The notes under the pieces were generated by a model. The model searched no databases. It was given only the letters and a program-made list of their open reading frames with translations, and was not told the origin of the DNA. The translations under genes were made by a program, and so were the position numbers. From a virus (lineage: Duplodnaviria; Heunggongvirae; Uroviricota; Caudoviricetes), in the IMG/VR virus record IMGVR_UViG_3300022562_000399: a stretch of DNA of 64,000 bases. One strand, 5' to 3'. Positions 33,405 to 42,267 of the stretch are shown piece after piece (position 1 is the first letter of the stretch; every line of letters starts with the position of its first letter).

Positions 33405-33814
33405 CAGTGGGTCGCCAACTCGTGGCCGTTCCAGCCTGCCGCCGCACAGCCGAAGGCACCCGTGATGGTGAACAGCGTGCGCCGCATCTTGTGTGTGGGG
33501 ACCACGTAGCCCACCCCGCCGATCAGGCCGGTCAGCGCCGCCTTGATCCCGAAAATGGCCGGGCCGTTGTCGGGCAGCATGGGGTTCAGTTCGTGACCGC
33601 CTTGCTCCAGGATCGCGAACGTGGTGGCGCCGTCCGCCATCTGACACGCTGCCATTCCGGAGAAGAACATCCAATCCGTCTTGTCCCAGGGCTCGCGCAC
33701 GCCCGCCTCTTCTTGGGCCCGCAGCTTCGCGGCCTGTTGGCCAGAACATCCACCCCAAGCGGTGAAGGCCGCCATGATCAGGCAGGCCAGTGCAACTATC
33801 TGCAATCTCTTCAT
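33404..33814 (-). CDS. Lipoprotein
   Basis: MKRLQIVALACLIMAAFTAWGGCSG signal and lipobox. Confidence 0.4.
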   Translation of the reverse strand: MKRLQIVALACLIMAAFTAWGGCSGQQAAKLRAQEEAGVREPWDKTDWMFFSGMAACQMADGATTFAILEQGGHELNPMLPDNGPAIFGIKAALTGLIGGVGYVVPTHKMRRTLFTITGAFGCAAAGWNGHELATH

Positions 33815-34122
33815 CGAGTGTTTCCTCCTTGGGTACAGGTTGAATATGGCTCCAGATTCAGGCACCTCTCGATGCACTCGGTCACTTGGTTGGCCTGGGC
33901 GTCGGTGTACAGCCGGTCGGCTTTCGGTGGGGGCATCCCCTCTGGGACGTGATCCACGATGATGCCCTCGTCGGGGTCCTCGGAATAGTAGACCTCTGCA
34001 CACGCGCACTTGTCAGCAGCACAGAACCAGCCATGCTCGCACGAGTCAGGGTCGAAGAGGTTGCCTGCTGTGGCTGCGTCGGCAGCCAGCAACACGAGGA
34101 TGGTGAAGAACGCCGCCTTCAC
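33811..34122 (-). CDS. Secreted Cys-rich small protein
   Basis: Signal peptide MKAAFFTILVLLAADAATA, then 7 Cys. Confidence 0.4.
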   Translation of the reverse strand: MKAAFFTILVLLAADAATAGNLFDPDSCEHGWFCAADKCACAEVYYSEDPDEGIIVDHVPEGMPPPKADRLYTDAQANQVTECIERCLNLEPYSTCTQGGNTR

Positions 34123-34655
34123 CCACGCCCCCCGAACGGTGCCCCGTTCTCACGCAGGATCTCGGCGTTCTGCCACTCGATCAGGCCGCGCTCGATCTCG
34201 TCCATCAGGTTCAGCAGTTGGCGGTCACACTCTCGGATCGCTGCCTGCCGCTCGCTCTCCGCGATCTGCTCGTCGTGGACCTTCTGGGAGAAGACTCGCC
34301 GCACGCCCTCGACCAACTCCACCGACTGCCCCGTGACGATGGCCGAGAAGTGTGGATGCTCGCAGGTGTCCAAGAACTCCATGAGCGGAGCCGCGTGTGC
34401 TCGCAACGCCAGCATCTCTGGGGGCAGATCCTTCAACGCCTCGTCCTTGTAGGTGATGACGGTCTTGGTCGGAGGTTCCGCAACGCACGCCCGGATCTGT
34501 AGGCGCAGGTCTTCGTTCCCTGCTACAGCCTCCAGAAGGGAGTCCGCTACCTGCTCTCGAAGGCGCCTCACCTCGTAGTGGACCGCCCACATGATCAGTA
34601 GCAGAGCCACCCCAACCAACGCGCTCACCAACACCAGTTGATCTAGTCCGTGCAT
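34119..34655 (-). CDS. TM protein
   Basis: MHGLDQLVLVSALVGVALLLIMWAV... Confidence 0.35.
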   Translation of the reverse strand: MHGLDQLVLVSALVGVALLLIMWAVHYEVRRLREQVADSLLEAVAGNEDLRLQIRACVAEPPTKTVITYKDEALKDLPPEMLALRAHAAPLMEFLDTCEHPHFSAIVTGQSVELVEGVRRVFSQKVHDEQIAESERQAAIRECDRQLLNLMDEIERGLIEWQNAEILRENGAPFGGRG

Positions 34656-35443
34656 CACTTCTTCTCCTTCTTCGGCAGGATCACCCGCTCGATCCTTGTC
34701 ACGATGTCGTTCAGTCCATCTCGGCACTGGTCGCCCAGGTTCAGGTTGCGCAAGATCCAACACACGCTCTCCCTGACTTCGCCCAGGACCGTCTTGGCTT
34801 GCATGTCACGCTCAATCTCGGTCAGTTCCATGGGCGTCTTCGTGGCCAGGTCCAGGATCGCGCTCAGGGCCTCACTCGTCCCAGGCATCATGGTGGTGTG
34901 CCGCAGAGCCCACACGGCCTTCGCTCCTACCGCCCGCAGGCGTTTGGCCACCTCCATGTCAGGGTGGGGGAAGATGCCGACGAAGTCCTCCGCCGTGCCG
35001 CTCGTCCAGCCGGGCTTCCAGTGGGGCTGGTGCAGCCGCAACTTCTCCGGGGTGGGGAACGTGCCGGTGAACCGGAACCCCCGGTCGTCGATGTACACGT
35101 CCACGTGTGGCTTGACCGCCGTGATCTCCAGCGAGTTGGCGATGTCGAACGCTTCGGACGAGTCCTCCAAGTGATTCATCAGGGCATGGAACATCCACCG
35201 ACGAATCGCCTGTTGCCCTTCCTCGGTCTCCCCACGGCACGAGTGGATCACCACACGCCTGCACTTCCGTCGGTACAGCAGGAAAGCCTCCACGGCTCCC
35301 GGCAAGGGGCCGTTCATGGTATCGTCCCCCGGTCCGTTCCAGCCATGGAACTCGTGAAGCACGCCGTCGAAGTCCAGCGCGATCTCCAGGTCTTCAATCT
35401 TCTTAGTCTCGCTCACTGTCTTCCTTGTCGTCCATCTTGACAT
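34655..35443 (-). CDS. HAD-superfamily hydrolase (5'(3')-deoxyribonucleotidase or PNK-phosphatase-like)
   Basis: Motif I IALDFDGVL. Later VYIDDR acidic motif. Confidence 0.45.
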   Translation of the reverse strand: MSRWTTRKTVSETKKIEDLEIALDFDGVLHEFHGWNGPGDDTMNGPLPGAVEAFLLYRRKCRRVVIHSCRGETEEGQQAIRRWMFHALMNHLEDSSEAFDIANSLEITAVKPHVDVYIDDRGFRFTGTFPTPEKLRLHQPHWKPGWTSGTAEDFVGIFPHPDMEVAKRLRAVGAKAVWALRHTTMMPGTSEALSAILDLATKTPMELTEIERDMQAKTVLGEVRESVCWILRNLNLGDQCRDGLNDIVTRIERVILPKKEKK

Positions 35444-35536
35444 GTTTGCGCACCTGTTTCAACTGCTCTTCGAGATCGGCGAGGCGTGAGTCCACCATGA
35501 TGATAACCACTGCCAACAGGGCTACGATTGCACCCA

Positions 35537-35878
35537 TCAGTACGACACCTCCACGAAGACGCCCTTGTGCTCGGGGTCATAGGCCCGCAGGAAGTGGTCC
35601 ACCGAGTAGTAGGTGCAGAAGAGGGCTTCGCCTTCCTCAGTGTCCACCACCGCGTTCTGGTAGAAGTCGTTGAAGCGATCCTGGCAGACCTTGTACTCCG
35701 TGGCCCGACGTTTGTTGGTGGCCGCACGCACGTGCACGGTGATGGTCTTGACGTTCTCCGGGATGTCGACCAGGTCGTCCAGCACCTCCCCGCACAGGGC
35801 CACCTCTGACCCCCGCTCGTACCAGATTCTCTGGCCCATCACCCTCTCCACCTTGCGCTTCTCGGCTCCGGAGATCAT
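35537..35878 (-). CDS. Hypothetical protein
   Basis: Trimmed ORF. Confidence 0.3.
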   Translation of the reverse strand: MISGAEKRKVERVMGQRIWYERGSEVALCGEVLDDLVDIPENVKTITVHVRAATNKRRATEYKVCQDRFNDFYQNAVVDTEEGEALFCTYYSVDHFLRAYDPEHKGVFVEVSY

Positions 35879-35931
35879 GTAGGGGTAGAACCGCGACCCC
35901 GCTCGATGGCAACTCCTAGTCAACGTGATGC

Positions 35932-36291
35932 TTACCGGACGCACGGGTCCACCTCCTCCAGGCGCAGGTATGACTGGTCCGGCACCAACACGGTCTTGCT
36001 CGGGACCGCAGGCAGGGCCGGGATCACTCGCTCGACCAGGCCCAGGTGCTTCAACAGTCGGTTGTACTTCTCGTCCGACCGCGCCTCGTTCTCCGCCAGC
36101 ATCCGCTCGAACACCTTGACGTTGTGCGCGTCGTTCTCGGTGCCGATCCGATCCATGCGGTCGGTCCTTCTCTCCAAGTCCTGCACTCGGTTCACGATGC
36201 CCAACTCACTGTTGGGGTACGGCTCACACGCGGCCACCAGCCCACCCAAGGCTAAAGCCGCCACGGCTCTCATTGCAAATAGCTGCATCAT
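35932..36291 (-). CDS. Lipoprotein
   Basis: Signal ending ALALGGLVAAC. Confidence 0.4.
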   Translation of the reverse strand: MMQLFAMRAVAALALGGLVAACEPYPNSELGIVNRVQDLERRTDRMDRIGTENDAHNVKVFERMLAENEARSDEKYNRLLKHLGLVERVIPALPAVPSKTVLVPDQSYLRLEEVDPCVR

Positions 36292-36299
36292 CTCCCTCC

Positions 36300-36587
36300 C
36301 TACTCTCCCTTGGGGTGCAAGACCAGCCGGTACTGGTACAGGCCGCCACCCATGTGTCTGCGGTCCACGGTGTAGCCTCCGAATCTTGGCTTGCGCAGGT
36401 GTCGTAGTTGGGCCGACACACTGGCGGGTGGGTCTCCGGTGGTCTCACTGATTTCGGCCAGCGTTCTCCAGGTGCCGTCTTTCATCAGACTCCGCACCCG
36501 ATCCAGTTGCGACCCAAGACGCTGGTCGTCTCTCTTCGGCACGTAGTCCGCACCATCAAATCTCTGTCCTCGGTACGTCACTGTCAT
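36300..36587 (-). CDS. Hypothetical DNA-binding-like protein
   Basis: ORF immediately downstream of the tRNA-like intergenic element. Confidence 0.3.
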   Translation of the reverse strand: MTVTYRGQRFDGADYVPKRDDQRLGSQLDRVRSLMKDGTWRTLAEISETTGDPPASVSAQLRHLRKPRFGGYTVDRRHMGGGLYQYRLVLHPKGE

Positions 36588-36601
36588 GCTTGCCTCGATA
36601 T

Positions 36602-36706
36602 TGGAACTGCGGGCCGGAATCGAACCGACTTAGCGCGTAGTGGCAAGGCAATCGGTGCACCGGCCAAGCCCTGTACCTGCGTTTCCCCAAACAACGCCGC
36701 CGCAGT
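36602..36706 (-). ncRNA. tRNA-like element (T-arm + acceptor 3' strand + CCA, with a 7-nt 5' complement). Non-canonical length of ~105 nt
   Basis: Minus strand ends ...GTCGG TTCGATT CCGGC CCGCAGT T CCA. ACTGCGG lies ~95 nt upstream. A D-arm-like stem (GCGT/ACGC) with a GG loop is present but no clean anticodon arm. Lies in the 154-nt intergenic gap 36588-36741. Confidence 0.3.
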
Positions 36707-36741
36707 TCATGATCATGGGCGGGTCGTTAGGCCGCTCTCAC

Positions 36742-37014
36742 CTACTGAGGCCCGACGTTCGTACTCGTTGCCGGGTCGCCATGATCACAGCCTTTCTCCC
36801 CACACCACACCGACTCGACCACGCTCTTGACGCCTTGGCTCTGGATGGTCTTGACTCCCTGCACCAGGTAGTAGCCACCCGCCACGTAGACGCCCACGAT
36901 CAGGGCGAACACCGCCACCACGGTCAGCGCCATCCCCCCGATTCCCCAGGAGACCATCCTCTCCGTGCGAGCAAACTTGCGGTCGAAGTCTCGGTTCCAC
37001 TTGTTTCGGTCCAT
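36742..37014 (-). CDS. Small TM protein
   Basis: Hydrophobic core MALTVVAVFALIVGVYVAGGYYLV. Confidence 0.3.
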   Translation of the reverse strand: MDRNKWNRDFDRKFARTERMVSWGIGGMALTVVAVFALIVGVYVAGGYYLVQGVKTIQSQGVKSVVESVWCGEKGCDHGDPATSTNVGPQ

Positions 37015-37061
37015 GCTCTTCTCCTTCTCCGGGTATACCTTGCAAAATAGCAGGTACTCCC

Positions 37062-37090
37062 ATACTACACCTTTTTCATCGAAACGTCAA
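37062..37090 (-). promoter_or_regulatory. Promoter: TTGACG-N17-TAGTAT
   Basis: ggTTGACGtttcgatgaaaaaggtgTAGTATgggag. Confidence 0.45.
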
Positions 37091-37680
37091 CCATTGCGTT
37101 TTCGTCGTATTGCTTGTTTTCGTCTGGTCTGGTTCCCACGTAGGTCTCGTACTCCACGAGGGCTCGGTGCAGGGCCTTGTCTGCTTCGACCTTGGCCGCG
37201 TACCGCAACAGGCACTCGTCGTAGAGGATCTGCTCGTGTTGCTCGCTGTACTGCTCCTTGAAGGCTTCGTGGACGAAGGCGTCCAGGATCTCGGTAGTCA
37301 GGTTGAGGGCCCGCACTGTTAGGTCCCCCACTTTGAACAGTAGCCCCCACACGACGAACTACTACTCCTCGCGTTTTTGGTACTTGGCCAGTAGGGTGGC
37401 CCGTCGGTCGTACAGGCGCCGGTTGAAGGCGGAGTCCGGCAGTTGCTTCAAGATCTCCAGCGCCGCCTTCAAGTCCTTCTTCTGGGCCATGTACGGTCGG
37501 ACCTCGCGCTCGACGTGGGTGGGGTTCAGTTGGAAGTAGTCCATCACGTACTCGAACTTGGCCTCTGCCTCCTCCACCTCCCTACAGGCGTCCTCGTGGT
37601 AGATGAAGTCCCCTTTTGGGGCCTCAACCATGTGGGTTCGTGAGCCACCGCTGGGCCGGTATCTCTTTGCTCTCATGAGG

Positions 37681-38163
37681 TCACTCTCCTCGCATGTCGA
37701 AGTGTAGATTGGTCAGACCAAAGCCCACCGGACCCCCAAGGCTTTGGATGTAGTCCTTTGGCGCCCGCACCTCACAGGGAGCGTCGGTGAAGGCGAAGAA
37801 GTACCGCACGCTCTTGCCCAAGAACCGGGTGTTGTTGCCGTGGAAGGTCACGCCGCGAGATTGCCTGGCTTGCACGCCATCGACCTTGTACCACCGACCA
37901 AACAGGAAGAACTCGTGGTAGGTCGGCTCCTCCATGAGAAAGGTCACCATGGACTCCCCTTCGGGCAGGTCCACCACCAGGTGGCCGGGGTTCATGTAAA
38001 TCTCCTCGCAATGAGGAGGAGCTACCAGGGGCCCGCGTAGGACACCATCTCCTACGCTGGTGGTGCATACGGGGCCGGGCTGGCTCGCCCACTCCGCGTT
38101 GATCACCTGGTCCGCCGTCGGTGGGCCGACCAAGGCTGCCGCCAAGAGCATCGCTGTGATCAT
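37681..38163 (-). CDS. Secreted hypothetical protein
   Basis: Signal peptide MITAMLLAAALVGPPTA. Confidence 0.35.
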   Translation of the reverse strand: MITAMLLAAALVGPPTADQVINAEWASQPGPVCTTSVGDGVLRGPLVAPPHCEEIYMNPGHLVVDLPEGESMVTFLMEEPTYHEFFLFGRWYKVDGVQARQSRGVTFHGNNTRFLGKSVRYFFAFTDAPCEVRAPKDYIQSLGGPVGFGLTNLHFDMRGE

Positions 38164-38354
38164 GGCTCGGGGTTGACCAGCAGATCGACCAGCTTAGCCG
38201 CCGCCTGCCGCATGGTTGCGTGTGGCGCGCACTTGCCCATGGTCCAGTGGTTCACCGTCGTCACGGAGACGCCCAGCAGGTTGGCCATGTCCTTGGGCCG
38301 TACTCCTTCGTCCAATGCCCACCTCACCTTCTCGACCCAGTCACCTTTTGTCAC
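38160..38354 (-). CDS. XRE-type HTH transcriptional regulator
   Basis: MANLLGVSVTTVNHW helix-turn-helix. Confidence 0.45.
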   Translation of the reverse strand: MTKGDWVEKVRWALDEGVRPKDMANLLGVSVTTVNHWTMGKCAPHATMRQAAAKLVDLLVNPEP

Positions 38355-38357
38355 GTC

Positions 38358-38666
38358 CTAGCTTCCTCCGTATTGGGAGCCATCTTCTGGCTCCGGGCTG
38401 AAATCCACCTCGATCTCGAAGCAGTCACCGTCCTCTTCGGACTGCCCGCAATCGGGGCACTCGTCCATTTTCTCTTCCAGACTTCTAACAGATTCGTAGA
38501 GCGGAGTCAAGAACTCGAACATGTGGGCCGAATACGCTTGCAGATTGTCTCGGTGATTGATAACTACTGCTTCCAATCCTTCGCACCTCTTCACCAGGGT
38601 GCCAATGCACAAGAACTGGAACCCCACGAGAAGGGTCAGCACGATCAGGGCCAGGGTGACGATCAT
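38358..38666 (-). CDS. TM protein with acidic tail
   Basis: MIVTLALIVLTLLVGFQFLCIG... Confidence 0.3.
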   Translation of the reverse strand: MIVTLALIVLTLLVGFQFLCIGTLVKRCEGLEAVVINHRDNLQAYSAHMFEFLTPLYESVRSLEEKMDECPDCGQSEEDGDCFEIEVDFSPEPEDGSQYGGS

Positions 38667-38816
38667 GGGAGCCTCCAGGCCAGCACCAGGGCACCAAGGG
38701 CCACGGCTACCAGCGTCCAAACCGTCGCAGTTGCGCGCCGGTCAGTCGTCCGAGAAAACTGCCGCACAGCAGCAACGCGAGCATCAGCATCAAGAACGCC
38801 GTGAAGGTCCAATGGA

Positions 38817-39383
38817 TTAGGTCGCGAGTCCACGACGGTGTCTCCTGGGCTTCGACGTGCACTTGATCAACTCCCGCACGGTGTCCTCCGTGACGTTGAA
38901 CATGCCCGCGAGCCTCGCGACCGTGTAGGTCTCGGGGGACTCTTTGCGGCGCCGAAGAATAGAGGACCGTGTCTCCTTGTCCAGGTTCTCACATCCGTGG
39001 ACTGAATGCACTATCGGCGGATTCTTGGCTTGAAGTTGTTGACGTTTTCGACCCTTGCCGGTGCAGCGCGTGTTGCGGATCTCCCAGGGTTCCCTCGGGG
39101 CCTCCCATCGCTGGTGGTTCAGGATCATGGAGACCGATGTCTGGGAGCACTTGAACGTGTGCACCAGGTTCTTGGTGGACCACCCAGCCACGTGGAACAG
39201 CCACCGCATCTGCCGTGCTTTGGCCAGCCCCATGCCGGGCCGCTCCTTGGGCACCTTGACCCGTGGGTTGCAGATCCTCCACACCGTGGATACCGCGATC
39301 CCATGCACGCGAGCCAGATCCTTGTAGGCCCAGCCCTCTTTGCGCCTCAGCGCGATGTTCAGGCGTGTGGCTTCCTCGATCAC
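38817..39383 (-). CDS. Multi-HTH DNA-binding protein
   Basis: Repeated HTH-like segments (YKDLARVHGIAVSTVWRI, VARLAGMFNVTEDTVREL). Confidence 0.4.
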   Translation of the reverse strand: MIEEATRLNIALRRKEGWAYKDLARVHGIAVSTVWRICNPRVKVPKERPGMGLAKARQMRWLFHVAGWSTKNLVHTFKCSQTSVSMILNHQRWEAPREPWEIRNTRCTGKGRKRQQLQAKNPPIVHSVHGCENLDKETRSSILRRRKESPETYTVARLAGMFNVTEDTVRELIKCTSKPRRHRRGLAT

Positions 39384-40606
39384 CCGTCGCTCTCCCCGTG
39401 CGGAGTGAAGATCCGGTGCTGGTCTGCAACTAGCTGCACGCGCCTGCCTAGGTAGATGTCCGCCTCACAGAAGATACGCCCGTGCTTGGGGTCGTACAGC
39501 CACGACTTCTGGGCCGGTAGCTGGGCGTCCGAACACGTGTCCACCGAGAACATGGTGGCTCCTGGGTAGGAGCCGTTGATGAAGATTTTTCCGCCGTTGG
39601 CCATGCTCGTGGCCCCAGCGCGATGAACGTGGCCCGCCGCTGTGAAGTGGATGTTGATGTTGCCAGCAGCCGCCAGGGCTCGCGCCTTGCGCTCCACCGG
39701 CACGAAGTTGGTGGCACTCATGCCCGCGACCAGGTCCCCGTGTTGGAGGGCCCACACGTAGTTGCCGTGCTGCACGATCATGTTCGGGGATCGGCTCACG
39801 AAGACCTTGATGTTTTTCTGGTCACGCAGCTTCTCCTTGACGAAGAGGTAGGTCATGTAGTCCATGTTGCTGCGCCAGTGCAACTCGCCCTTCTTGCCGA
39901 TGCGCCCATGGTTGCCGGGTACGCAGAAGACCTCGACCTCCTTGAAGTGCTGCGACAGGTTGTAGAACATGGACGCGAACCTGTTGGCTGCGATCAGGAC
40001 TTGCTCGGTCATGATGCGGTCGATCTGCAACGCCTGCCCCTGGAAGATGTTCTCCCCCGTGACGATGTCGCCCAGGAAGTTGATCACCAGCTTCTCGACG
40101 TTCCAGGAGTTGCGATACATTTCCGTGAAGAACAGGATGCGCTCCTCGTGGATGTCCGCGCTCTTGTGGAACACCGCGAGGTTGTAGCCCTCGGGTCCCG
40201 CCAACCCACTGGCCAGGCTCGGGTCGATGAACTCGCCCACGTGCACGTCCGAGATCATCATGTGCAACTCGGCCGCGTCCTTGCCTTTCTTGTGCTTGGG
40301 CAGGCATGGCTTGGTTGGTGGATAGGCGCCGATCTTGACGACGGCCGCCTCGTACATGCCCACCACGTTTTCCCGGAGGATCGTGGCTTTGGTTCTGCTC
40401 TCAGGTAGCTTGGTGTCCCACAGCGCCGTGCCGAACTCGTCGGTGTAGGCCGCTTGCAGCGCCAGCAGGTAGTTGCCCCACGTGCCGAACGCTCGCCGGA
40501 ACCTTCCGTCAGATGCGAAGTCGGAGGAGACCGGCCAGCGTTGCTCCCGCTTGGCCAGTTCGATCCCTTCGCGGATCAGGCTCTCGGTGGTGGACTTCTT
40601 GATCAC
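39380..40606 (-). CDS. Calcineurin-like metallophosphoesterase (SbcD/Mre11-like) with a ~110-aa N-terminal extension
   Basis: Motif I MMISDVHVGE, motif II GDIV, motif III GNHG, and later AAGHVHRAG. Confidence 0.55.
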   Translation of the reverse strand: MIKKSTTESLIREGIELAKREQRWPVSSDFASDGRFRRAFGTWGNYLLALQAAYTDEFGTALWDTKLPESRTKATILRENVVGMYEAAVVKIGAYPPTKPCLPKHKKGKDAAELHMMISDVHVGEFIDPSLASGLAGPEGYNLAVFHKSADIHEERILFFTEMYRNSWNVEKLVINFLGDIVTGENIFQGQALQIDRIMTEQVLIAANRFASMFYNLSQHFKEVEVFCVPGNHGRIGKKGELHWRSNMDYMTYLFVKEKLRDQKNIKVFVSRSPNMIVQHGNYVWALQHGDLVAGMSATNFVPVERKARALAAAGNINIHFTAAGHVHRAGATSMANGGKIFINGSYPGATMFSVDTCSDAQLPAQKSWLYDPKHGRIFCEADIYLGRRVQLVADQHRIFTPHGESDG

Positions 40607-41649
40607 TTCGAGGCCGCTTCCTTAAACGCCGCCTCTCGTGCCTCTCTATCCTGCTTCGCCTGCCGCTCTTGCCTCTCTTGCACGCCGGGGTCGTTGCTGT
40701 AGTAGCTCAGAATCTTCTCGTGCAGGCTGCGGCCCATCAACTGCATGGCGCCCTGCCACGCTCGCCCGTTCTCCACCTGCTCGTCCAGGATCATGCACCT
40801 CTCGGACACCAGCCACTCCTTCTCTGGTCCGCGTTTGCCTTCGAGGTGGAGCGTCCAGCCGTTCTTGACTCGCTCCGTGATCAGGGTGACCGTTCCGTCC
40901 AGAAGTTCAGCTAGCCTCGCCAGTAGGTTCATCCTCTCCTCCGTCTAGGCCAGCCGCTTTCACGATCTCGCCCTGATTGTTCAGCGTCAAACCGTTCGCC
41001 TTGGCCTGCTCTTCCAGCATCTCCAAGGCCGCCTTCTTGTAGGACTCCACCCGCACCTTCTTCGGGATCTCGGGCTTCTTCCCCACCAAGAACTTCATGC
41101 CCGTGCGCAGCGCGTACTCCGCGCCCATCTCCATGCCCTTGGCGAACAGCACCGGGGTCACTGCGCGCAGGTAGGAGTTTTGGTCGATCATCACCGCCAA
41201 GGCTTCGGACAACTCCTTGTTGGTGGGCTTCTTGCCGTTTCGGAATCCCTTGACCTTCATGGCCCCTCCTGCTCCGCCTCTTCCTTGGTTCGATACGATG
41301 CCGGGATGGGTTCGCCGTTGGTGATCAGGGCCTCCGTGTAGCCTTGGCAGCACTCGCACTGACACGAGCCGTCCACGACCTTGCGCGCCCCGATCTTGTC
41401 GTGGTGCGCGTCGAAGTATTGCTTGGCCAAGTCAGCCAGAGCCACCTCCCAGTTCGTGGACACCCACGTCAGATGCACCGGTCGCCAGCGGCTGACGTTG
41501 GTACATGTTCCATCGCGCCAATCTACCACGAGACGAAACACCCCCACGCTGCGAACCGTGCCGCGCAGGATGCCGTGCTTCTCCCCGGTGAACCGCGTGA
41601 TGGTGTCGCCAACTTGGGCGTGAGACAGATTGCGCTTCTTCATATCTGT

Positions 41650-41680
41650 CTAGTATGAATCACGATTCGAGAAGAGTCAA
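41650..41680 (-). promoter_or_regulatory. Promoter-like: TTGACT ... TACTAG
   Basis: aaaggtcTTGACTcttctcgaatcgtgattcaTACTAGacagatATG. Confidence 0.35.
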
Positions 41681-41886
41681 GACCTTTCGCGCACTTGTGG
41701 CACGAGAAAGTTATGGGGGCGGGTGGTGAAGGAGTGAACCACGGCCGCCCCCTGCCCGCTGGGGGCGTAAGCCGCACCCCATACTGGCGCCTGGTGGGTC
41801 AGTCCAGGCAACCATCGCGGGCTACTCCTCCGGGTCGGCTGGTTCTGCGGGGACCGTCAGCTCCCCCTCTTCGACCAGGGGCTCCG

Positions 41887-41902
41887 ATGCAACTATCTGC
41901 AC
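41887..41902. repeat. 16-mer variant ATGCAACTATCTGCAC
   Basis: 10-mer core exact. Lies within or near a small gene. Confidence 0.35.
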
Positions 41903-42042
41903 TGGCTTGCCCTCGACGTAGTCTTTGCAGGTGCCGGAGACGGTTCGCCCGCCGTGCTGTATCGTCACGCTTCCGTCCTGTTCGATGGCTACCACGCCCC
42001 GCTCCGGATGCAGCGGGTCCTCACTCCAGATCACTCGTGCGC

Positions 42043-42267
42043 TCATGTAGTCGTCTCCTCGTCGGTGGGGCAATGGGCCCCTCGATACAAGTTCGGCATG
42101 ATGCGCCGGTTCTTGTGGTTTCTCGCGGCCAAGTCCACCAAATACTCCTTCAACACCGCCTCTGCCTGCTCGTAGACTCCGGACGACACTTGGGAACACG
42201 GCAATCCATGCTCCCTGGCAATCCGCAGAACGAACCTCTTCACTCCTCGGTGGTTGACCAGCACCAC
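42043..42267 (-). CDS. Histone-fold-like small protein
   Basis: FVLRIAREHGLP...VSSGVYEQAEAVLKEYLVDLAARNHKNRRI matches the archaeal histone / DUF1931 pattern. Confidence 0.3.
   Translation of the reverse strand: MVLVNHRGVKRFVLRIAREHGLPCSQVSSGVYEQAEAVLKEYLVDLAARNHKNRRIMPNLYRGAHCPTDEETTT

Noticed and set aside
33790-33805. Palindromic 16-mer copy inside the lipoprotein gene (and copies at 50921 and 15971 inside helicase and PPDK CDS)
   Set aside because: These copies encode ordinary peptide (for example LQIVA), so they may be coincidental or constrained by coding. They were not counted as regulatory sites, although the 10-mer match is exact at 33790.
36602-36706. Canonical tRNA gene call
   Set aside because: The T-arm, acceptor and CCA are convincing, but the element is ~105 nt and I could not find a 5-bp anticodon stem with a 7-nt loop. 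It is kept only as a tRNA-like ncRNA candidate.
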